The position numbers were made by a program, and so were the translations under genes. Under the pieces are notes generated by a model. That model saw nothing but the letters and a program-made list of their open reading frames with translations. It searched no databases and was not told the origin of the DNA. Source: Nitrospirota bacterium (GTDB lineage: Bacteria > Nitrospirota > UBA9217). Taken from it: DNA of 64,000 nucleotides. Within the stretch, counting starts at the first letter, position 1, and every line of letters begins with the position of its first letter. This document shows, one piece after another, positions 1-9,006 of the stretch. The stretch covers positions 32,001 through 96,000 of the forward strand of contig CAVVOB010000023.1 of assembly GCA_963749655.1 (NCBI GenBank). Direction: 5' to 3'.

Positions 1-225
1 AGTCTGCTCGCGTCCGAGCTTGAGCTCCATGCCGAACAGCGGCGACCGCCGCATGAATTCGACAAAGTTCCCCTTCGGCTTCTTCAGCCGCTCATACTCC
101 CCGCTCGAAAGGACCACAACGCTCGGCTGCCCGTGGACCGTGATGCTCTGCGGCCCTTCCTTCTTCGCTTTCTTGATGACCTCGCTCAAGCGGGCCTTTG
201 CTTCCTGGAGCTGCCACGTATTCAT
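1..225 (-). CDS. Phd/YefM-family antitoxin (runs off the left edge)
   Basis: Manual translation MNTWQLQEAKARLSEVIKKAKKEGPQSITVHGQPSVVVLS; RBS AAGGAGG upstream; TGGTCAG direct repeat at 241-256 is a likely operator. Confidence 0.85.
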   Translation of the reverse strand, partial: MNTWQLQEAKARLSEVIKKAKKEGPQSITVHGQPSVVVLSSGEYERLKKPKGNFVEFMRRSPLFGMELKLGREQT

Positions 226-633
226 AGCGGCCTCCTTATTTGGTCAGTCTGGTCAGAATAATATAGCATAATTCTTGCCGGATTGCAAAGCCTCGAAATC
301 GGCTGTTTCAAGACCTGTCCACAATCACCATCGATGTGCCCTGCACATAGGTTTCTCCTGTGATCCCTGCGGGACAACGGCGCATACCTGCAGAAACAAC
401 GCGAGTTGAGCGGTAGGCATGGTAGATCCAGTTATAGCGAGTGGACGTGTGGGAGGGTGTTCAGGAAGCTGATCCGGTCCTGGTCGCTCTTGCAGACGGG
501 CTTTTGCTCGTTGCCCCGAGAGGTTACATGATATACCGCACCGGCATATTCGATCCGCAAGGGACGGGGTCATGAGTGAAGAGAATCAGTAGAAAAAAGG
601 AAAGTCAAGCATTCAATACCAGACCCTGAGATT

Positions 634-1020
634 CTAAGATGTTGGCGTGGAATGTTTTCGGAACCATGCCGCGGCATCCTGAACATCGCTCTTCTTGAGA
701 GCCATACGCAGGGTAAAGGTTTCAAGTTCCTTCTGCGATGCGTTAAGCTCATGTCCGTTCAGCATCAGGAAAAGCCCTGCAGCGGAGATAGCGGTACGCT
801 TGTTCCCGTCGAGGAACGGATGATTGCCGATGAGCGACTCCGTTAACGCCGCTGCCTTGTGGAACAGATCACGGTACAGGTCCTTTCCCCCAAAGGTTGC
901 CCGCGGCCGCTCGGCGGCTGAACTCAGCAGCCCGACGTCCCGTACGCCGTGCATGCCGCCGGTCTCGGTAATGAGCCGTGCATGGATAAAGAGCACTTGT
1001 TCCGCCGTCAGGTACCTCAC
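634..1020 (-). CDS. doc: Doc/Fic-family (death-on-curing) toxin
   Basis: Fic motif HPFLDGNKRTA; overlaps the antitoxin stop. Confidence 0.92.
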   Translation of the reverse strand: MRYLTAEQVLFIHARLITETGGMHGVRDVGLLSSAAERPRATFGGKDLYRDLFHKAAALTESLIGNHPFLDGNKRTAISAAGLFLMLNGHELNASQKELETFTLRMALKKSDVQDAAAWFRKHSTPTS

Positions 1021-1265
1021 TTTTTCGCGAGCTCCTTCAGCGCGGGGCGGTACTTCTCAATGAACTCGTTCACCTGACCGGCGAACGCCTTGTCGATTCC
1101 CGGCACCTTACGCTTCTTTCTGACCGGGGCGATCACGATCCTTTCCTGTTCTTCATCAAGCTCGACATTCACGTCTGAGCCGGCGGCAAGATCGAGCTTG
1201 TTCAGGATCTCGACCGGGATCGACACACCTTTGCTGTTCCCTATGGCAACGACCTTTCTGTGCAT
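1017..1265 (-). CDS. AbrB/MazE-family antitoxin
   Basis: RKVVAIGNSKGVSIP swapped-hairpin signature; directly upstream of doc. Confidence 0.9.
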   Translation of the reverse strand: MHRKVVAIGNSKGVSIPVEILNKLDLAAGSDVNVELDEEQERIVIAPVRKKRKVPGIDKAFAGQVNEFIEKYRPALKELAKK

Positions 1266-1280
1266 TGTCGCCTCCTTCAG

Positions 1281-1320
1281 TGTTATTACAAGATTATAAC
1301 ATCGCCCGGAGCGTTGTAAA
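1281..1320 (-). promoter_or_regulatory. sigma70-like promoter with overlapping inverted-repeat operator of the AbrB-doc TA pair
   Basis: Minus strand TTTACA-16nt-TATAAT; TGTTAT..ATAACA inverted repeat at 1281-1301. Confidence 0.55.
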
Positions 1321-1522
1321 GTGAATTATTGCGGGCTGGAGATCAGCATCCCGATTGGCGGTGATCCCGGCGTCAAGGGATTCTATACGTGGAGGCTAGG
1401 ATATGAAGGGTTTAGCGGAGATTTAAGCAATAGTCCAACAGTATAGACCTGACCCCAGGATGTTTCTTAGCATAATGCAAAGCACTTTGGGAACCAACGT
1501 CCCTGAGTCATCCTGCGCACCA

Positions 1523-4271
1523 TTAAGGCAATTCACTCGCCTTCGTTACAACCCTATACGGCACCCCAAGGGCGCCGATGAAATGCTTTTCGCCGCACTT
1601 GATCTTTCGGGCTTCATCGGTATGCAGCTTACTCATATCAGTTGTGCTCTTCGTTTCCCGGACAAGATAGAGCAGCTCTTCTCCGGTCGGCTGGCCGTGC
1701 GCGTCGCGCGGCTCCATGACTATCGCCCAGTCGGGATTGTACTCCCCTACCGGCGTCGGGACCGTGAACCAGCTCGGCAGTTTGAGATAGAGCTTCACGT
1801 CGTCGCGGTGTTCGAGGTCCTTCACGAACTCACGTTCAGGTCCCGATTCATAAATCACGTGGTCATACACTGATCGCTCAGCAGGGACGAGATAGTCAGC
1901 CCAGCTCGGAATATCTACAAACTGCTCCATCTTATACCATTCATTGATCTTCTCATACTGGATGCCGTTCACGAGCTGATCGAGAATCTTGTCCTTGATG
2001 ATCCGGACTGCCACGCTCGCAAATTCGTGCGGATTTTCGACAGCGGCTTTCTTGCTGTTGGAGCGCTTGTAAACTTCAAGCAGCGTTCCCCGCGTGAGCC
2101 GCACCGGCGGGGTCGTATGCTCCATGAGATTCGCCATGATCTCAAGAAGGTTCGGCAGCGGGTGCCTCTTGTCCAGGTACAGAACCGGCCGGTCCGCGCT
2201 CACCTGGATCGCGTCGAAGGTGTCCGCGGTATTGACCGCAAGTTGCGCCTTGGTCACGGTTACGCGCGGTGGCTTGATCTCGGCCTTGTCGAGTTCAGGC
2301 ATGACATCTGCCAGAAGTTTCTCGGTGTCGATCTTGACCGCGTACCGGGTCTTGTGCTTGATCCTCGACCAGAGCTCCTTGAATTCCGGCCTGAGCGTGT
2401 ATTCCTTGCGGAGCTGCACAGTAACGCGTTTGCGGGCATCCGCCGGCCTGGGCGGCAGGCCTTCCTTGCCGTACTCGTCCTCGATCTCAGACTGCAGCCG
2501 CTCACAGTATTGCTGATAGCTCTCATTCGCAACCACCGTCAGTACGTTGACCTTTTCATCCCGTACCCGGTCGCCCGACTGATCCACGGCAAGCCGGACG
2601 CCTCGCCCGACTTCCTGTCGTTTCTTGACCTCTGAGGTCGTCTGGTTCAGGGTGCAGATCTGAAACACGTTCGGGTTGTCCCAGCCTTCGCGCAAGGCTG
2701 AATGCGAGAAGATAAATGACACTGGCTCTTCAAAGGAAAGCAGACGCTCCTTGTCTTTCATAATGAGGTCGTAGGCTGCCTCGTCTTCCTTGGTCTTGCC
2801 CGAAACCGAGTCCAGTACTTCGACAATTCCGCCTTTGCGCTTCTTCTGCGCGAAATATGACGCTTGGACGGTCGTAGGATCAACGTTTTTCCAATCCGGG
2901 AACTTCGTCTTTGTATCATTGAATGCCTTGATAAACAGCTGCCGGATGATCCCGGTTTCCAGCGCGTAGTTGTCCACCTTGTCGATGAAGAAGAGCGACA
3001 GGACCTTGATGCCTGATTCCTTGAGCTTGGCCTGCTTTCGAAAGTGCTCTTCGATGGCGTAGCGAATCTGCGCTTCAAAGATGGCGTCCTTGTCCGCTCC
3101 GCGCGACTCGCCGGTTTTAAGTTCAACATTGTTGGCGAACCGGACAAAGCCGCCGCCGGGGTTGATCTCGTCAACCTCGAATCCGAGCGTATTCCTTGCG
3201 CTCCGATTTCTTTTCGAGCGAATCGCCCGGCTGGATCGTGACGACCTGTTCCTTGACCGTGCCGTCTTTCATGAGCTTATGAAGCGCAAGTCGGGCAGTA
3301 ATGGTCTTCTTCTCGGTCTTGATGCTGTCCAGGCGCAGGAAGACCTGATTCGCGTCGTTTTCCTTCACGACTGAAGCAACTTCTATGCGTTTGACGAGCC
3401 CCTGCCGGTACGCTTCAAAAGGCGTTAGCCGATAAATGACGTTGTAGGGGTTGCGATGGGTGGCGCTGTAGCGAAGGGCAAAGAGCGGGTCGAGGGCTGA
3501 AAGCGCCTTGACGCGAAGCTCGCTTTCCATGTTCTGCGGCTCGTCGAGAATCAGGACAGGCCGGGCAGCCTGGACAAGATGGATCGGCGTTTCGCCCTGC
3601 AGCCGGTCCGTGGTCTGGCGGATCACGTTCGAGGCCTTGTTAAAGGAATCGATGGTCATGACCATCATTTCCACGCCGTCGGCATTGGCGAAACTCCGCA
3701 CCTGGGAAAGGTTGTCGGAATCGTAGACGTAATAGCGATACGGCGCGTTGCCGTACAGCTCGTTCAAGTGTTTCTCCGTTACCTGCAGGGTCTTGAGAAC
3801 GCCTTCCCGGATCGCAACGGATGGGACGACGATAATGAACTTCCGCAAGCCGTACCGCCGGTAAAGCTCAAGCGCCGTGCGCAGGTAGACGTACGTCTTG
3901 CCGGTGCCGGTCTCCATTTCGATGGAGAAGTTCGGAAATCGCACCTTCTTCTGTCCCGCTGCCGTCTCGATCGTCTCTTCGATCAGCGCAAGGCTCGGAT
4001 CCAGTTGGATGCCGTTTGCGCGCTGAACGTTGTTGAGGTTGAACAGAAGGTCGTCTTCGGTAAGGTTCAGGGTATTGGCGATTGTGCCGGGGAGGATTTC
4101 GGACAGCACGTATTGGCCGCGCTGCTCGGGCGGGAGAAGCGAAGTCTGGCCGTCGCCCATGCCGATGAACACCGACGCGCCGGAAATGCGCTGCTGGCCT
4201 TCAAGCAGGTTGACCGCAGCTTCAACGGCCTTGATTTGGTATTCCTGATTTGCGTCGAATTTGAATTGCAT
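1523..4271 (-). CDS. res: Type III restriction enzyme Res subunit, split by one frameshift near 3190
   Basis: METGTGKT (Walker A), DEPQ, YSAT, ALREGWDNPNVFQICTL, QEVGRGVRL, nuclease YNPDWA..ETK; the shifted frame continues LGFEVDEINPGGGF..GIKVLSLFFIDKVDNY. Confidence 0.92.
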
Positions 4272-4296
4272 CGTTTATTCTGCCGTTTTTTTAATT

Positions 4297-4370
4297 TGTC
4301 ATTCTGAGCGCCAGCGAAGAATCTCGCTCTTGCCTGAAGTAACGAGACCCTTCGCTTCGCTCAGGGTGAC
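4297..4370. repeat. Inverted pair of REP-like palindromic units
   Basis: TGTCATTCTGAGCGCCAGCGAAGAATCTCG (4297-4326) and CGAGACCCTTCGCTTCGCTCAGGGTGAC (4343-4370). Confidence 0.9.
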
Positions 4371-4396
4371 GGAAAAGTAGTTTGCACGCAGCAGGC

Positions 4397-4702
4397 TCAA
4401 TTACTCGAAGAATCGCTTTCCGCGTACCAATCCGCACTCAAATCATTCCACGTAGGATTCATTGTTTCAATCAGAGCAATCTTCTTCGCCCTGAGCCAAC
4501 CCTTGATCTGTTTTTCACGAGTGATTGCCGCCTTGACATCAGGCGTTTCTTCAAAATAGACCAATCTCGAAATGTTGTATTGAGCGGTAAAGCCGGGCGC
4601 CACCTTGTGTTTATGCTCAAAGACACGCTTTACGAGATTGTTTGTCACACCGGTATACAGCGTCTTTGACTTATTGGTCATGATGTAGACGTAGTAGCTC
4701 AT
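4397..4702 (-). CDS. Small GIY-YIG nuclease (UPF0213-like)
   Basis: YYVYIM..LYTGVT..RVFEH..REKQIKGWLRAKKIALIE; 101 aa. Confidence 0.92.
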   Translation of the reverse strand: MSYYVYIMTNKSKTLYTGVTNNLVKRVFEHKHKVAPGFTAQYNISRLVYFEETPDVKAAITREKQIKGWLRAKKIALIETMNPTWNDLSADWYAESDSSSN

Positions 4703-4708
4703 AGTTCA

Positions 4709-4888
4709 GCGAAAGAGATTCTTCGCGGAGTTTATCCTGAGCGAGATTCTTCAGTCGCTTCGCTCCTTCAGAATGACAGTGCTTTGTCACCCTGAACGAA
4801 GTGAAGGGTCTCGGTTCTCGACACATGCAAGCTTCTTCGCGGAGGTCAATCTGAGCAAACCGAGATTCTTCGCTTCGCTCAGAATGAC
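4709..4888. repeat. Cluster of nested palindromic units between 13-bp direct repeats
   Basis: Units at 4742-4778, 4785-4813 and 4861-4889, plus partial units at ~4715 and ~4833; AGCTCATAGTTCA at 4696-4708 and 4889-4901. Confidence 0.88.
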
Positions 4889-4898
4889 AGCTCATAGT

Positions 4899-5207
4899 TC
4901 ATCGGGTTGCATAAAGAACATGCTTTGTCTTCCGTAGATAATCTTTCCGGAACGGATTGCGGACCGCGCTTTCTTCCACAAGATGGACATCATGGCCGAA
5001 TATAATTTTCAGCTCATCGATCATTTCGACCCATTCATAAAGACTCTATCCTGAATTTATTTCGAGATGCACGGCTATATCGATTTTGTCTTCTTCGTTC
5101 AGTTCGCCCTGGACAGCGGAGCCAAACAGTGCAAATTCAGCAACCTTCCACCGGCGACAGAATTCTCTGATTTTGTCCATATGAACATCAATCTTCGTCT
5201 GCACCAT
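4899..5207 (-). pseudogene. Minimal nucleotidyltransferase (MNT antitoxin-like) with an in-frame TAG
   Basis: MVQTKID..FCRRWKVAEFALFGS..DKIDIAV..SG*SLYEWVEMIDELKIIFGHDVHLV..RNPFRK..YATR; TAG at 5046-5048, then the reading frame continues. Confidence 0.8.
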
Positions 5208-5246
5208 AGATTCTCCTATCAGGCTGTTGATAAAATAAATCTCAAA

Positions 5247-5375
5247 TGTCACTCTGAGCGCAGCGAAGAATCTCGGTTTTCCAATTTCACCAGATCCTTC
5301 ACGCAGCCTGTCCTGAGTCAACGGCGAGACCCTTCGCTTCGCTCAGGGTGACGGACGAAGGGGTTCAGGATGACA
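5247..5375. repeat. Palindromic units of the same family, with nested copies
   Basis: TGTCACTCTGAGCGCAGCGAAGAATCTCG (5247-5275); AGATCCTTCAC...GTTCAGGATGACA (5292-5375) encloses CGAGACCCTTCGCTTCGCTCAGGGTGAC (5325-5352). Confidence 0.88.
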
Positions 5376-5401
5376 GCTTAAAATACTTTTTCGACTACTT
5401 T

Positions 5402-7267
5402 CTATATCGTCTTTAACCTGCACTGAAGAGCGAGGTTCGCAACCAGTTCGTCGGTCATTGCCTTATCGCGGCAAATGAACAGGTCGTTCTTTCCCAAAGC
5501 CAGCGCCCGGATCGACGCGGGCTTCAGTTCTTCATCAAGGCAAATGCGGAAGCTCTGCTCCTTGTCCGGGTCCGTAACGTGATACACGGCGTTTTCTGTG
5601 ATGCCAGTCATGCGGATGATTTCGGAATTGAGCCCGTATCCTTCCTTGATAGCAACTTCCCAAACCACGTTCTCGGGCTTCCAGCCGGGAACAAAAGGAT
5701 CGGCAAACGCCGCCATCTGCGCTGCGTATGCCTCGGGGTCTTTATTCTCCGGCCCGGTCCATGGCTTGTAATTGGACTCGGCGAGCTTGAAAACCTTGAA
5801 CCCCAGGTCCTCGGTCTTTTCGCCGTCCTTAAGATCAAGCTTGCCGTCCTTTTCTTTCTTCATTTTGGCAATGACACGGCGGATGCGCTCTTTGCCAATT
5901 TCGGCAATTGTCGCGTACTCTTTGTTCTGAAGCGGCTCGGGTAACTGCACTACAATGAACCTTCGCTGTCCTGCATCTTCCCGATTCTGCTCAATAACAG
6001 CTTGCGCCGTTGCGCAAGAACCTGCAAAAAAATCTAAAACTATATCTTCACCTTTGGACGTTGCTAATTTTAACATGTGCCTTATTAGCCGTGGCGGCTT
6101 CGGTGTATCGAAAACGCTATCGTTAGCGTCAAAAGGGACTAATTCCAGCAGCGCTTTCTTTGCTTCTTGTGTATGTCCAACATCCTGGTATTTCCATAGA
6201 GTTTGAGGCACGATGCCAGCTTTGACATCCGACAGGAATCGTTTCAGCCGAGGCATATTGTTTCCATCATCACCCCACCAAATACGCTTATCCTTGTCCA
6301 GTTCATTAAATTTCTGCTTTGATACACGCCAGTATGTGCCTGTAGGAGGTCCCTCAATAACTCTCCCTGAAGGACATTTCACCGAGTATTTCCCTTCGCT
6401 GTAGTAATTTCTTGCACAGAGATCGGATGATGCCCACGCCCCCCTCGCATCTCCGTCAGGATTACCATAGCGCGACTCCATCTCCTCTGTCCGTGGCAGT
6501 AGTTCGGGAATCCATTTCATAGCATCGCGAGCGTAAACCATGATGTAATCATGATCTTCAGAGAAGTGTTTGGCTGTATTTTTCGGCGAAAATATCTTTT
6601 GCCATACAACAGTAGCCAAGAAATTCTCTTCACCGAATATTTCATTCATAACCATTCGGAGATTGTGCATTTCATTATCGTCAATGCTGACAAAAATAAC
6701 GCCATCGTCCCGAAGCAACTGCCTCGCTACAAACAACCTCGGATACATCATCGAAAGCCACGCCGAATGGTAGCGCCCTGATGTCTCAGGATTATTGGTT
6801 AGCATGTTTCCTTCAGCAGTCTTCTGGCCGGTGAGCTTCAGATAAGTATCGAGCGGATCGGCGAAGTTGTCAGGGTAGACAAAATCGTTGCCCGTGTTAT
6901 ACGGCGGGTCGATGTAGATCATCTTCACCCTGCCGAAATAAGACTTGTACAGGAGTTTCAGGACTTCGAGGTTGTCCCCTTCTATGAAGATATTATTCGT
7001 CTCGTCGAAATTGATGGAATCCTTTTTCGCCGGCACGAGCGTCGCCCTGCTCGGTGTCTGCAAGAGCCGGATCGCATCGCGCTTCCCCGCCCAGGAAAAC
7101 GAGTACCGCTCGGGCCGTGAATCTACCTCTTCGCCCAGCGATTCCCTGAGTTTGTCGAAATCGATCTTCCCTTCGGTAAACGCCTGAGGGAACAGGTCCC
7201 GCAGCTGCTCCATTTGTTCAGGAACAATGGCGGCGGTTTCTTTCTGTACAGGTTCTTTGTTGATCAT
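5402..7267 (-). CDS. mod: Type III R-M DNA methyltransferase Mod
   Basis: IEGDNLEVLK, YIDPPYNTG, FDTPKP, VLDFFAGS; upstream of res on the same strand. Confidence 0.95.
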   Translation of the reverse strand: MINKEPVQKETAAIVPEQMEQLRDLFPQAFTEGKIDFDKLRESLGEEVDSRPERYSFSWAGKRDAIRLLQTPSRATLVPAKKDSINFDETNNIFIEGDNLEVLKLLYKSYFGRVKMIYIDPPYNTGNDFVYPDNFADPLDTYLKLTGQKTAEGNMLTNNPETSGRYHSAWLSMMYPRLFVARQLLRDDGVIFVSIDDNEMHNLRMVMNEIFGEENFLATVVWQKIFSPKNTAKHFSEDHDYIMVYARDAMKWIPELLPRTEEMESRYGNPDGDARGAWASSDLCARNYYSEGKYSVKCPSGRVIEGPPTGTYWRVSKQKFNELDKDKRIWWGDDGNNMPRLKRFLSDVKAGIVPQTLWKYQDVGHTQEAKKALLELVPFDANDSVFDTPKPPRLIRHMLKLATSKGEDIVLDFFAGSCATAQAVIEQNREDAGQRRFIVVQLPEPLQNKEYATIAEIGKERIRRVIAKMKKEKDGKLDLKDGEKTEDLGFKVFKLAESNYKPWTGPENKDPEAYAAQMAAFADPFVPGWKPENVVWEVAIKEGYGLNSEIIRMTGITENAVYHVTDPDKEQSFRICLDEELKPASIRALALGKNDLFICRDKAMTDELVANLALQCRLKTI

Positions 7268-7277
7268 TCGTCCATCC

Positions 7278-7430
7278 TTAATGACATGGCCTGTAAGAGG
7301 TATATTTCTTAGCCGATCCCTTGGCCTTTTCAGCGGGATACTTCATTTCATTCTGCGCGATCTTCTTCTCGACTTCCGCAAGCAGGTCGATTTTATATTC
7401 CTCACAAAGATAGGTGAGGAAGATAAGCCC
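7278..7430 (-). pseudogene. C-terminal remnant of a MazG-like nucleotide pyrophosphohydrolase
   Basis: LIFLTYLCEEYKIDLLAEVEKKIAQNEMKYPAEKAKGSAKKY resembles a dCTPase/MazG-like C-terminus; the N-terminal half is absent. Confidence 0.65.
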
Positions 7431-7491
7431 GAAGGGGACGTTGTTGCGCCCGTTGCTTCGGTGTTTTCCCCTGCTACCGGAGAACTGCGGC

Positions 7492-7875
7492 TCATGGGAC
7501 GAACTTTCGTACTTCCAGACCCGGTATTTTCTTAAAGTGTTTATGATTCGCGGTGACAAGCACGTCGTCTTCCCGCAGCGCTGTTGCCGCCACAAGCGCA
7601 TCGATCGTCCTCAGTCCGTCCGCCGATGCATGCCCTTCGAGCAGCGCGATCGCCTTTTCAGAAATGTGTTCATCGGGAGGAACGACCGCCGCGATGTTCT
7701 CGCGAATGAAATCTTTTACCTCACGCAGCTCCTGCCGGTCCCGGCAGCCCTGCACCAGCTCCATAATGCAAAGGGAGCTCACCTGCCGGTCCCTGTAGGC
7801 GATGCCGGCGATGAGCCCCCTTGCTTTTTGGTTGCCCCGGAAATACCAGATCAACACGTCGGTGTCGAAGATCAT
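7492..7875 (-). CDS. vapC: VapC PIN-domain toxin
   Basis: MIFDTDVLI..ELVQG..DALVAATA..LVTANHKHF; ATGA overlap with the antitoxin. Confidence 0.92.
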   Translation of the reverse strand: MIFDTDVLIWYFRGNQKARGLIAGIAYRDRQVSSLCIMELVQGCRDRQELREVKDFIRENIAAVVPPDEHISEKAIALLEGHASADGLRTIDALVAATALREDDVLVTANHKHFKKIPGLEVRKFVP

Positions 7876-8111
7876 CGCGGATACCGCTCTTTTCTCCGCT
7901 CCTTGAGCCACTTCGCCACATCCGTCATTTCCTTCCGGCCTTTCCATATGCCGAATCCGACAGGACTGAACGGTTTGTTAATGTCGCTCACGGGTCTCAT
8001 AACGGCGATGGATTTCCCCCGCATCGTGATGACCACCTCGTCGCCTTTCCTGACGCGCTCAAGAATTGCCGACGCATTAGTGCGAAGCTCTTTTGCCGTT
8101 GCCGTCTTCAT
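7872..8111 (-). CDS. Phd/YefM-family antitoxin
   Basis: MKTATAKELRTNASAILERVRKGDEVVITMRGK; RBS AAGGAGG. Confidence 0.9.
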   Translation of the reverse strand: MKTATAKELRTNASAILERVRKGDEVVITMRGKSIAVMRPVSDINKPFSPVGFGIWKGRKEMTDVAKWLKERRKERYPR

Positions 8112-8133
8112 GACAGCCTCCTTAATATACACT

Positions 8134-8151
8134 TTGAAGTATATACTTCAA
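8134..8151. promoter_or_regulatory. Perfect 18-bp palindrome, probable TA autorepression operator
   Basis: TTGAAGTATATACTTCAA just upstream of the antitoxin RBS. Confidence 0.65.
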
Positions 8152-8416
8152 GGCGTCCTTGGTCAAGGCTTTTTAATCATTGAGATTCTACTCCTTCTCT
8201 CCATTCCTCTTGTCGCAGGGACCCCGAGTCCACCAGGGTCTTTCCTTTTGACATTCACCGCTTCCTGTTGGTTCGCAGCAAACGCTTATGCGCCGATCTC
8301 GTCAACCCTCAAGGATCGGCGTCCTTCGAATACCGTCAGCATTTCCACATTTTTTTGTTTACCCGGCAGAGCAGCATCTCGCTCCAGCTGCGGACGCGTC
8401 AGGCAGCACGAAAACT

Positions 8417-8890
8417 TCACTTCGCCGGTCTTTTTTTGCTTACCACATCCTTCTCCAGCAGGCTCCTGAGCGCTTCCCTGATCTCCTCATTGTCTATGGA
8501 CTGCACTGCGCGCTCTATCTTTTCCTTCTCGTCCGCAGCAAGGTGGTATCGCACAGGTTTTCCCTCCGGTTCCGGACCATCGGGCGCGACAACCTCGCCC
8601 AGCTTGAGGGTAATGTCCCGGACCGCGTGCCCGCCCTGGATAGCGTGCAGCTTCCCGATGATCTCGGGCTTCATGAGCGACAGCTGCTGCATCCATGCCG
8701 GACTGTCCACGATAACCTGCAGCTTGCCGCTGCGGAGCCCCGCCGGCCGCGCATGGCGGGCGATGGCCGGCCCCACGGTCCGGTCCCAACGGGTAAAAAG
8801 GCGGTATTCGTGCAGCCTGGCCTGCATGCCGCAGGCTTTCAGGATCCTGTCAAGGGTCGCGGAAAATCGGTCTATCTTCTTCTTTGCCAT
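8417..8890 (-). CDS. dciA: DciA / DUF721 family protein
   Basis: WDRTVGPAIARHARP..GKLQVIVDSPAWMQQLSL..II.KL pattern. Confidence 0.8.
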   Translation of the reverse strand: MAKKKIDRFSATLDRILKACGMQARLHEYRLFTRWDRTVGPAIARHARPAGLRSGKLQVIVDSPAWMQQLSLMKPEIIGKLHAIQGGHAVRDITLKLGEVVAPDGPEPEGKPVRYHLAADEKEKIERAVQSIDNEEIREALRSLLEKDVVSKKRPAK

Positions 8891-9006
8891 GAGTGTCAAT
8901 CATAGCACGGCAAGAGTTCTTTTGACAACAGAGAACGGTGCGGATATAATAGAAAAATCCGCTCTGTTTTGACACGGTCGTACCGAGGGATGAAGGAGAG
9001 CATTAT

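Noticed and set aside
4671-4895. 74-aa ORF MSCHSERSEESR
   Set aside because: It is a translation of the palindromic repeats with no protein-like features.
5046-5048. Pyrrolysine or amber read-through in MNT
   Set aside because: No pyl genes are in the window, and TAG is used as a normal stop nearby. A TGG>TAG change or sequencing error is simpler.
4297-5375. CRISPR array
   Set aside because: The units alternate in orientation, nest inside each other and lack regular unique spacers; no cas genes are present.
8165-8350. Possible ncRNA or gene remnant with a CGCCGATC..GATCGGCG hairpin
   Set aside because: No recognisable RNA family, and the reading frames are interrupted; too weak to call.
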